A DNA stretch of 58,982 nucleotides, filler included, from Jimgerdemannia flammicorona (Eukaryota): assembly GCA_003990765.1 (NCBI GenBank). It is 3 parts of 3 records of this genome, joined end to end, with 100 filler letters (N's around TTAATTAATTAA, not from the genome) between each part and the next. Parts side by side here need not be neighbours in the genome. Positions count along the whole stretch, not along the records: positions 1 to 19,606 come from RBNJ01001900.1; positions 19,707 to 39,294 come from RBNJ01001901.1; 1 more part is not named here. The stretch is one strand, 5' to 3'. Position numbers and translations under genes: made by a program. Within the stretch, counting starts at the first letter, position 1; every line of letters starts with the position of its first letter. This document shows positions 12,031 to 22,859 of the stretch, in pieces. The notes under the pieces were generated by a model. It worked only from the letters and a program-made list of their open reading frames with translations, had not been told where the DNA came from and made no database searches.

Positions 12031-15000
12031 AAGATATCAGCCTATACTCCCTGCCAGATCAAAGACTGTATCTTTGATGCCATCATTGATATTGGTGCTG
12101 GAGGATGCCTCATGAGCAAGAAGGCAATTGACTGCCTAGGTTGGGACATTGAAGAGTCCACCAAGATGGTCTATGTCACAGTAGATAGTACATGAGCTAC
12201 CCCTCTTGGCAAAATCTGAGAAGTCTCCATTAAGATAGGAGGAGCTACCATTCTAGTAGACATGATTGTTACAAGCACCACTAACTATGACATCCTCATT
12301 GGCAATCAATGACTTCACAAGGCCAAGGCCATCATTGACCTCAATGTCCAGAAGATGCAGATCAACTACAGAGGAAGAAAGGTACAAGTCTCTATCAATG
12401 TCCACAAAGGAGTCCTATCAGATATAGAGGAAGGAGATGAAGAAGACATAGAGGTCTTTATACACTCAGTGAACAAGAATAAGAGCAAGACACCTAAGCT
12501 CACAGATGAGCACTGATACAATAAGATCATTGATGGGTATGCCCCTCAAGAAAGATGCCCCCATGGTACTAGAATGTACCGCTCTGAACACCTGAATGAC
12601 TGCTGGTCCTATATCAGTAAAGTCAGGAAAATCCACCAACAGAAACATGAGTAAGAAGTAACCAAAGCAAAAAGAAAAGCCGAAGAAGATGACCAACCCC
12701 CAGAGCTTCAAGCTGACAGTAATGATGAGGAGGAACAAGAATCAGACATCACCCTCAAGGTCAAGAAGTTTCACCCTAAAGCCAAGATCCCAGAATACAA
12801 GACTGAAGGAGCTATAGGAATGGACCTTGCCAGCATTCAAGATGCTACCCTTGAACCACAGACCACTACCCTACTTGGCACTGGAATTGGAGTCAAGCTG
12901 CCAGAAAACCATGCTGGAATTATCAAGACCAGGAGCAGTCTGGCCAAAAGTGAAATCTCAGTTGAAGGAGGAGTAATTGACCCTGATTACACTGGTGAGA
13001 TCTTCCTCATAGTCAGAAATCACAACCACACCACCCCCTTCGAAGTCAAGAAGTATGACAGGATTGGCCAGATGCTGATCCATGAAATCAAGAAGCTAAA
13101 GATCATAGAAGCCATTGAACTCATCAAGACCAAGAGAGGAGAACAAGGCTTTGGATCTACTGGAAGAGGAGCCTATACCACCACCAAGATTACCGAACTT
13201 GAGCACAAGAAAGACAAGGACCAGAACAAGTACACATATACCATTGGAGAAAACTTTCCTCTGGAGGAATAACTTCTCAAGATCCTGCACCAGAATAAAG
13301 GAGTACTTGCTACAGACTTCAGGGATATCCACAATTAAGAACCCAAGTACTACTATGAAGTTGACACTAGTGATACCAAGCCTATCTACCAGAAAGCCAG
13401 ACCCATACCACCTGCCTACAGAGAGTGGCTGTGAGCCGAACTCAAGGAAATGGAAGAAGCTGGAATCATCAAGCAAGCTATCAGCCCCTGGGCCTCACCC
13501 ATTGTCCTTGCCCTGAAGAAAGGAAGTAAGCCTGGAGAGTTTGCACCAAGACTCTGTATTGACTACAGGAAGCTCAATGCCATCACCAAGAAGGATAGGC
13601 AGCCCTTGCTGAATATTCAAGAAATCCTTACCACTCTTGGAAGTGAAGCCAAATACTACACCACCTTGGATCTGTTCTCAGGCTTCCATCAGATTGGTCT
13701 CACTCAAGATGTCAGTGAGAAATCAGTCTTCATCACACCTGATGCTACCTATATCTATCTGCAAATGCCATTTGGAATATGCAATGCCCCAGTAAGTTTC
13801 CAGTGAATGATGAACAGAGTCTTCAGCAATGAGATTGGAAAATGGCTCTTTGTCTATGTTGATGATGTGATCATCTTCAGCAACACTGTATGGGAATATG
13901 TCAACACATACAGCTAGCCCTCAAGAGGCTCAAGGAGCATGGCCTCTACATCAAGCCCAAGAAATACAAGTTTGCAGCTCAAGAAATTGCCTACCTAGGA
14001 CACCTCATCAACCAGACTGAAATCCACACAGACCCTATGAAGATTGAGGCTGTTGTAGCCTACCCAAAACCCAGAACAACCACAGAAGTCCATGCCTTCC
14101 TTGGACTGGTCAGCTACTATAGAAGATTCATCAAAGGATACTCTAACATTGCAGCACCTATCTACAAGCTACTGAAGAAGGAGACCAAATTTGAATGGAC
14201 CAAGGAGTACCAAGAAACCTTCAATGAGCTCAAGACCAGATTGACCCAAGCACCTATCCTCAGAAGACCAGACTGGAACCTAGAATTCATCCTGCAGACA
14301 GATGCAAGTGCTATAGGACTTGGAGCAGTCCTAGCTCAGAAGAAAGATGGACATAAATATGTTATCTCCTATGCAAGCTGAGGTACCTGCAGAGCAGAAC
14401 AGAACTATGAGTTATGCAAGCTTGAATGCTTAGCAGTAGTCTAGGTAGTAGATAAGTTCCACTACTACCTAGCTGGGAAACACTTCACCATTCAAACAGA
14501 CCATTCTGCTCTTGCCTGGCTATTCCACACTCTGAACCCCAAAGAAATATATACAAGATGGATTTACAGGCTGCAAGAGTATGACTGTACTGTCAAGCAC
14601 TGCTCAGGAAAAACTAATATCAATGCTGATGCACTCTCAAGGACACTCTGAAACACTCTCATCAAGATTATTCAACATGAATAAGGAGCTATACTATGGA
14701 TTAATCAGCTACCTTGGGCAGCAGAAGATGCCCAACTATCTCAAACCCTGGACAATCACTATTATCAACCAGACTTGGAAACAGTTTGAATTAGACAACA
14801 CTATACTCAGAAAAGGAGGAAAGCTAGTAATACCCAAACACAAGAAGTATCAAGTAATGAAGGAAGTACATGAGCAAGGACACTTAGGAGGAATCAACAT
14901 ATATGATAAGGCAAGAAGAACTATGTGGTAGCCCAAGATGGAAGAAGACCTGCACCAATTTGTCAAAGGGTGTGACAAGTGCCAAAAACAGAAACAAGAT

Positions 15001-15870
15001 CAGCAAGACCAGGCACCTGGGTCATTAAGAATTGAGCCTATCCCCTTCCACCAATCGCAATGGATATCATTGGACCACTACCAGTAATACTATTAGGAAA
15101 CTGCTATATTATAGTTATTGTAGACCTCTTTACCAAATGGATAAAGGCAGGAGCATTACAAGAAGCCAATGCCCTCTCTATAGCTGACTTCCTATACCGA
15201 GAAATCATCTGCCACTACAAGACACCAAAGCAAATCACAACAGACCATGGAACAGAATTTTTTAATGGATTCCATGAGATAATGTATCAGAAATACAAGA
15301 TCCAGCACATCAAAACTACTGCATACCACCCTCAAGGAAATGGACAGATAGAGAGAACCAACAAGACTCTTAAGAATATCCTAGCAAAGATCTCAGAGAT
15401 ATATGAGAATTGGGATAACTATCTCTCAACCACCCTCTCCATCCTATGAGACATATGGTCACAGAGTACACATTTTACCCCAAGAGAGCTGCTCTTTGGA
15501 GAAGAAGATTCTGATAGAACCTCAGCCACAAATCTAGACCTAACTTAGAGATGGGTTGATGCAGAAATCCAGAGACTACACCAAATCAGGAAGAAGGCTG
15601 AAGATTACATTACCAAGTTACAAGCACTGATAAGGAAGAATGCAGAAAAGAATCACAAGGCCCTAGAACCCATTCAAATCAGAGAAAAGGTTCTACTGTA
15701 TTGAAATATAGTAGAAGCCTCATGGTCATGAAAACTGGAGCCCAAATGGGAAGGACTCTTCTATGTGCAAGATATCAAGGAAACTACCTTCTGGCTTAGA
15801 AAAATCTCAGAGACCATACTGCCTACTACAGTACATAGGAACAGACTCAAGAAGTACCACAAACCTATAT
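12030..15870 (+). pseudogene. pol: Gypsy-1 pol (protease, dUTPase, RT, RNase H, integrase)
   Basis: AIIDIGA (protease), [91 protein letters not shown]; many stops. Confidence 0.93.
12751..13167 (+). CDS. dut: Trimeric-type dUTPase domain in Gypsy-1 pol
   Basis: All five motifs: GMDL, RSSLA, GVIDPDYTGEI, RIGQM, RGEQGFGSTG. Confidence 0.93.
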
Positions 15871-15887
15871 AAGAGAAGCAAAATGTA

Positions 15888-16202
15888 ATGACCACCCATA
15901 AGGTTCTAGTTCGCAAATCATAACAGCATGTCCTGTGACCAGCAGGCTATCTGTCTGGACCATTCTCTAAGGGATACGGTACTGGCAACTACTCATCTGT
16001 AAGACTTTCAAAGTCAGAGGAGTTTGAACTGTCAACTGATTGGTCAAGATCAGAATCAGGCCCTTGCTCTATATGAAGAGAGCAAGTCTTCACCATTAAG
16101 CCAAAATACAAAGAGAAGATGCTAGCCCATAAACACCACTTTTTGACCCCTTACCAGAGGTTATGGGATCAGCAAATTTTTCAGAACTGAACTAATGAAT
16201 AA
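15888..16202 (+). pseudogene. Degenerate ~105-codon ORF between integrase and PPT of Gypsy-1
   Basis: ATG 15888 to TAA 16202 in one frame with four internal stops of TGA/TAA type; MTTHKVLVRKS..FTIKPKYKEKMLAHKHHFLTPYQRLWD. Confidence 0.4.
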
Positions 16203-16236
16203 GGATGCTCAGGAAGATTCTTATTCAGGAGGAAGA

Positions 16237-17757
16237 TGTAACAGTAACCCCAGAATGATAACATCAGTACAGGAGACAGTCTTTCCTTGTAAGTCACCAG
16301 ATCAGAGCACAAGAAGATCATACAGTATATGAGATGAGCAATGATGACCAACTGTGAGTCATTGTGACTATAGTACAAGCATCCTGAAGAATATAAAAGA
16401 AGGATCAAAGAACCACAGTAGCAGCAACCAACAAGAACCACCAATCCCAAAATAGCTCAAAGACTTACCACAAATGAAATGCCTGCTGCCTACCAAACCT
16501 CAAGGTCAAGGAATCACTAAGGTATCTCGGTTGAGGAAAGGATGTTCCAAGACATCAGAAGAGCCATGGGGACTCACTCAAGAAGGACTCCTAGTGTCAA
16601 CCTGGGTACTGCAGACCCTTATCACTTCATTCTCTACTGCCATGAAATGGAAACAAGGATCACCATTGCTACCAAATATCTCCAAATATAGCAGGAGTAT
16701 GAAATAAGAAACCTCCTCTGTCAGGAGTTCTCACAGGCCAGCACCCAAGAGCTACAAGATGCCACTCCCATGGATATATACGAAATAAGGACAGCTAAGA
16801 AGATCTATCAGATCTTCAGGCATGCACCATGGTCAATCCCCAACTTAGAGTATGTCAGAGTCTCAGACTTCAGAGACCTATCATCCTGCTATATCAATGT
16901 ACTAGAAGCCAGGGTGGCTACAGAAGCCCAGTCCACTATCACCCTTAACAGTGAAGAAGTAGAAGACTTCTGGCATCCTATCCTTCAGGACAACCCAGAC
17001 CAATTCCTACAAGGATTGATCTCAGTATTCCAAGGCCCAAGTATCCAGGTTAGACCTCTCTAAGACCCCACATTTGTTCCCTATTTTGTGGAAGAGAACC
17101 TCATAGACTGGAGAGCTCCAGATCTTGTTCCTGATTTCCCTGCCAAATATGATGACATCATTGGCGATGATGTCATCCCATATGACATATGTGAAATGCG
17201 CAACCTATACAATGAGTTTGCAGATCTCATCTCCTTCAGTGATGATGATGATGAGGATGAAGCTCCCATGGTTCTGAACTTTCTGCTCTAAGTTCTTTGT
17301 TATACTGAATAATGTCAGCACCAGTATTCTCATGTAATACTGGATAATGCCAGTACTGGTATTCTGAGGTGATGCAAAATTATTCCAGCACCAGCATTTT
17401 GATGTGACACTAAATAATGCTAGCATCCTGAACCTGTACAACCATCAGTGCCAGCCCTGGAACTTAGTAGTTTTAGTTATTGGAATTTATATTTAGCTTT
17501 ATATCTTAGCAACTATTGAATTATATTTTCCTCTTATTTCCTCTGAAATAAAGTCAGTTCTGGTTTCACTTACACACACTTCCTTGCAAGCAATCTAAGA
17601 GATAACAAGATAGTTAAAGATAAGAAGTTTGAGGACTATAAGACCTTAGGAAGACACTCCAATAACAACTTGCTTATAACAAACTTGAGTTAGTCTAAGA
17701 GATACACCTTGAAGAGAATCTGGTGTATTTGAAGGACTCAGTGACCACTATGTGACA
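16237..17757 (+). repeat. Gypsy-1 3' LTR (preceded by PPT AGGAGGAAGA)
   Basis: Aligns end to end with 9012-10543; differences are mostly transitions. Confidence 0.95.
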
Positions 17758-19606
17758 ATATATATTACTGTATTAATGGCTTTGGTCTAATAGGAATATC
17801 TTAGTCTGGCTACATGATCATCATCTATACTATTTCAATAACTATATGGTTAAATTGCTTGGTTATGCCATTTTATTGAGATATATAAAGAGCCATCATT
17901 TGATAGCTTATGCTACATTTAATCAAGAACTCTCTAAATATATTATTGATATATTTGTATCTGTTATCTGAGTGTATAGTATATATTCTATATTCTGCCT
18001 TATTCTTAGTGATTGTTTTAAATTCTTTGAATTTCTTTAAGGCTTCTCTCTTTACTAATAGAATATATATATATATCTTATATATATAATTATCAATAAA
18101 TATTAGAAAGTATCTCTTATCAGAATATAATAGAGTATGCATTAGGTCATATATATCTATATGAATTAGATTGAGGATCCCCAAGGCATATTTTAATCAT
18201 TCTTTGAATGATCTTCAGAAAGCTTTATTTTTCATACATATCTCACAAAAGATATTCTCTAGATATATATATACTAGTAATCCTTTCACTAAGCTGCTTC
18301 TTATCATATGTTCAAGACTTATCTTATTAATATGTCCTAAGTATTAATGCTTATATTGGATATATCAGATATAGTTATTATATAAGTAGAGACTTTTGCA
18401 CCATTGGCATATCATTGATTATAAAGATTTCCACATTTTGAAGCTATTATTAATCTTTTGTTATTATGTGAATCATATTATAATAGTACCTTTTGAATAT
18501 ATGTAGATCTCTTTATTACTAAAAGATATTATTTTTTCTATAGAGAAGAGGTTCTTTCTTATCTCCAGAGTATATAGTACATCTCCAAGAGTGGTAGTAG
18601 GCTTGATGACATTTTTGTAGAGATATATCTCTATATTTCTCTTTTCTTGAGTGTAGATAATATTGTTATCTCCTAACTTAATAAGTATAGAGTGTTTAAA
18701 AGACTCATATATAGAGAACTATTCTCTGTATAATATCATATATTGTGTGGCTCTAGAATCTATTAATTAGACATTATTGTCATTAGCTATGTTGGCAGAT
18801 TCACTATTGGCAGATGTATGGTTATTAGTAGTATTAATATCACTACTTTTTACTAGGTGAAAAGTGTTTCACTGACTGGGATTCATAGATAATAAATTGG
18901 TAGATTTGGTAGTAGATCTTACAATAGCAGAACTGGCAGAACTGGTGCTGGCAGAATTAGTAAGACTTTTTGGTCCAAAATTGTCATCTTTCTAATTAGG
19001 TTTTGTAGATATAGTAGATCTCATACTAGTGTAACTGGTAGTGGAGCTGGTAGCTTATACAAAAAATAGATTACTACTTTCATCAGTTTTAGTAGTATTT
19101 GTAGTACTATGCTTCTCTTAATAGTTCTTTCTGCTACTCCCATATTGTCAGCATTGGCTTTTACCATATTATTGCCTATTTTTAGTACTTTTCTTATCAT
19201 TTTCCCAGCTATAGCATTGCTACTTTCTATATCTATACTTGCTGCAGTATTCATAGTAACCATTATATTTGATTGATTAGCTAGACTAGTTGTCATATTA
19301 TTGAGCTTGGACTTGAGTTTGCTGACCTTATTGACTGTATTTTTGATCTTATTTCTCACCTCATCCATGAGACCCATAGAATGTCCTTTTATTATCATTG
19401 TCTTTGATATCATTTCCTTAGTATATTTCCTCATTCATAAGACTCATTATCATGTAGACATAGTCTGTAAAAGTGCTGCTCTTATATATAACTATGACAA
19501 TAACATTATATATATCCAGAAGTCTTGTTATAAGTGTTATAACCTTATCTTTATTGCTAATATAATCTGTAGACATACTGAGAGAGTTCACTTAATTTAC
19601 TTTTTT
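17758..19606 (-). mobile_element. Ty1/Copia 5' part (gag end, protease, GAG-pre-integrase, integrase), truncated by the gap
   Basis: *LIDSRATQYM (WLIDSGATQHM-like protease), LGHIN, LNLIHIDIYDLM..KRYFLIFIDNY, HSDNRYKY; continues the frame at 9007. Confidence 0.88.
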
Positions 19607-19706
19607 NNNNNNNNNNNNNNNNNNNNNNNNNNNNNNNNNNNNNNNNNNNNTTAATTAATTAANNNNNNNNNNNNNNNNNNNNNNNNNNNNNNNNNNNNNN
19701 NNNNNN
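19607..19706. other. Assembly gap/linker
   Basis: N44-TTAATTAATTAA-N44 (stops in all six frames). Confidence 0.97.
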
Positions 19707-19730
19707 AAAAAAAAAAAAAAGAAAAAAAAC

Positions 19731-19811
19731 CATGAGGCATTGGTTGAGGTTGGGGGTGACATTATATTATTAGAATTCTAGACATCAGTAATAAAGAGCA
19801 GTCTAAGGAAC

Positions 19812-19885
<74 letters not shown>
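19731..19885 (+). mobile_element. LINE 3' tail with long poly(A)
   Basis: GGGGGTGACATTATATTAT..AATAAAG..GTCTAAGGAACTAT(A)n resembles the reverse complement of 7491-7570. Confidence 0.6.
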
Positions 19886-19889
<4 letters not shown>

Positions 19890-20084
19890 TATTTCTTACT
19901 AGCCACTAAGTGGAGCTCATAATCTTTATTGTTACTTAGTTGAGAATATAGAATAGAGAAGAAGAGAACATTGTTTATTATTCTAGATAGCATATATTTA
20001 TATATTGAGTAATATAACTCAAAGATAATATAGTTATATATAAGCTATATTATTAAGATATATAATAATGAGAATTTCAACAAG

Positions 20085-20441
20085 GCTCAATTCAATTGAT
20101 TTAAATCAAATTGAGATTCAATTTAATTTAATTCAAAGTCTAATTTGAACCTAATTTTTCAAAATTCAATAACTTGACCAAAATATATTCAAATTTAATT
20201 AATTTTATCTTTTTCAATACACCTTATGATAAAGAATCTAGTATATCAAAGAATATTAAATTTGGACATATTTCCATTAAGTTATTATATTTTGAATTTG
20301 GGATAAATATTTTAAATTAAATCAGACCTCAATTTGATTTAAATTTGATTTAATTCAAATTTGATTCAAGTTCAAAATTTCAATTTGAATGACTCTTAAT
20401 TTATTTCAATTTAAATTAATTTAATTTGTTTGAGAGTACTA
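20085..20441. mobile_element. Degenerate foldback MITE related to 44258-44640
   Basis: Same internal palindrome (ttcaaaat..ataactt..aagttattatattttgaa), aatca/tgatt pentamers, right end tttgagagtacta; left TIR not found. Confidence 0.55.
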
Positions 20442-20444
20442 CTT

Positions 20445-21105
20445 ACAAAGTTGCTAATTATTGATGAGAATATTATAGTTTGTTATATATATTAATTATG
20501 ATTATATTTATTAAAATAGTTGTTCTTCTAAACTTGATAAGAATATTTTAGATCTTTCTTAGAAATATAGCTCTTATACTATCTGCTTAATAAATACCAA
20601 CTTCATAGATTCTTAAATTTCTCAGTTTAGATAGTTTACTATCTTTTTACTAAGAAGATATTCTTTAGCTCTTATGTATATCAATAATGACCTTAAAGAC
20701 CCTATCTTTAATTTGATAAGTAATATAAATAAAGATCTTATAATTATCTTTATTCTATTCACTGAAGTCTTCTTAAGTATTATTGATCTCTACTATCTTT
20801 CAGTATTAATTCTTAATGGCTTCAGATAGTTTCAATCTCATCTACTGTCTGAATATAAGAATTTCTACTAACTGTCCAAAGGTTATATAGATCTTTTATT
20901 AGCTAAGGTTCTTGAAGATGTCATACTTGAAGATTCTGCTCTTGTATAACTTCTTCTTCTTTGCTCTCTCACTGATATCTTTGACTACTTACTTGAGCTC
21001 TATATTTATCTTCATCAATCTGATTTTACTTTCAATGACTACTTCTGATTGTCTGTTTACAGGTTCCTCAGTTGGAGTCTTCTTAGGCCTTCCTGATGAT
21101 CTCTT
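20445..21105 (-). mobile_element. Heavily mutated Gypsy-1-family gag C-terminus/protease fragment
   Basis: Minus strand GRPKKTP..KLYKSRIFKYDIFKNL..TFGQLVEILIFRQ..FKVIID matches 11660-12310. Confidence 0.75.
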
Positions 21106-21106
21106 G

Positions 21107-21365
21107 TCAGATTATTATATCTTAGATAACTACTATTATATTTCAGACAACCACTGTATTTCAGATGACTGCTGCATTCTAGATAACTACTATATTCCAT
21201 ATAACTGCTATATTTCAGACAACCACTGCATTCCAGACAACTACTGCATTCCAGACAACCACTGCATTTCAGACAACCATCACATTCCAGATGACTGCTG
21301 CATTCCAGATGACTGCTATATTCTAGATGACTGCATTCCAGATGACCACCGTATTCTAGACTGTA
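21107..21365. repeat. 18-bp minisatellite (~14 copies, consensus ccagacaaccactgcatt)
   Basis: Direct inspection; produces the PDNHCI repeats in ORF 20912-21619. Confidence 0.9.
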
Positions 21366-22242
21366 TTGCCACTAGAAGCTACATTGTAATTCTCGGTTTG
21401 GTTAATGGTCATTCCCGATCGAGTGCGATGACTCAAACCCGGCGGTCTTCGACGGCCATAGATTGCGGCTTTCAGGAAAGTCTCTATGGGCGATTGACCC
21501 CCGAACTGTTGCGGCTACAAGCTATTGCCAGATCTTTTTTTTTAATTACAATTCATCTCGCATGGTTGATGGTTTGGCCTGAGAGACAGTTGCAGCGATG
21601 CGGAGAAAAACTCGATTGATTGCATGTTGATTAGAAATCGGACATGTATATACTTGTACGTTCAAAATTAATATATAGCTACGTGTGACGGAGTCCTGGC
21701 TATTCTTGGACCTGACAGATTTCTCTAGGAAAAGTCAATTCGGGTTAGTATATACAAATTCGTGGCCGCAGAGAAAGTCGCGGAACATTTCTGGGAACTG
21801 TCTAGCTATCGGCACTTGTTCAGTTCTGAGTAGATGAAGAATTTCTGTTTATTCGTAGTAACCATTACAAGCATATTGGCCGTTACATATCTAAATAAAG
21901 AATGTGGAATGTATGTGCGTATATACCTCAACAGAAGGGGAAAAGAATAGCCCGTACGCCCGAAAATTGACTCCGTCGTTCCTCTGTATACCCGTGATAA
22001 AATATTTCACTAGCTTCGATCATTCACAGTATTAAAAGGGAACGTTTATATTTTCTCTGATACAATCGGCATCTAATCTGACACAACCAGCTTGCTTGCA
22101 CGGTACTACCATGTTGCTTACATTTCAGATCTAGTTATACAATTCATTTGCTTGGGTATATTCGCACAGCAGCCATTCAGCGAAACTATTTATGTGGTTG
22201 ATAGGAAGATTTTCATGGCTTTCTGAATGCTAAAGTTGAACC

Positions 22243-22284
<42 letters not shown>

Positions 22285-22859
22285 TGTCAACGATGACGTA
22301 ATTATATACTCGCCTTTACAATGAGCGTTCGAGAAATTCTTTGACGCTAGATCAAACGGCGCCCGTTAATTGTTTGATATGCAAAACAAAACATGACAAT
22401 GACCAACGACAAACTTCCATATTAGTGATATGTCCGATAATTTGATTTAAAAGTTGAAGTTCACCGCGGCATCATGGTTAGATTCTATCTTTTGTTGACG
22501 GAAGACACTCCGATAGTTAGCCAGAGCGCGTCAACCCTACGGAACGCGGCGCTGAACGACCGAACGGCGGTCTTCCTTTTCGCGCGTACCCCAATTTCGT
22601 ATTTTATTTTATTTTATTTTGGTTCATGATTCTACCGGGTTTCTCAGACGGGGCCACATGTGACTAATTTGGTAACGACTTTGGTTCATATTTTGGTAGT
22701 AATTTTGCTTGAACACGCCACGAAAAATGTGTTTGCTCGCGAACCGATATACTACTCTCAAGATAGTCGTCGTCCGTTCGAAATGAAGGGCTCTGTTAAG
22801 ATGCATTCAATGCCCGGATACCTCACAACGCGGCAACCACTATAACGCGTGTACCCCAG

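Larger units (their letters stand above)
9012..17757 (+). mobile_element. Full-length Ty3/Gypsy LTR retrotransposon with dUTPase (Gypsy-1), degenerate
   Basis: ~1.5 kb direct repeats TG..CA, 4-bp TSD ATAT (9008-9011 / 17758-17761), order gag(CCHC)-PR-dUTPase-RT-RNaseH-IN; removing it restores the Copia frame NTVIY|IYNK. Confidence 0.95.

Noticed and set aside
19651..19662. TTAATTAATTAA palindrome within N runs (also 39339-39350)
   Set aside because: Artificial six-frame-stop contig linker; adjacency across it should not be assumed
21107..21365. Possible CRISPR-like array
   Set aside because: Contiguous tandem units without unique spacers; eukaryotic context; no cas genes
20912..21619. 235-aa ORF with Cys/His/Asp repeats resembling a metal-binding protein
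   Set aside because: Produced by an antisense Gypsy relic plus the 18-bp minisatellite; TTG start and no gene signals
22245..22281. Long homopolymer runs (also 28223-28249, 28958-28998)
   Set aside because: Simple repeats with no attached element or TSD recognised
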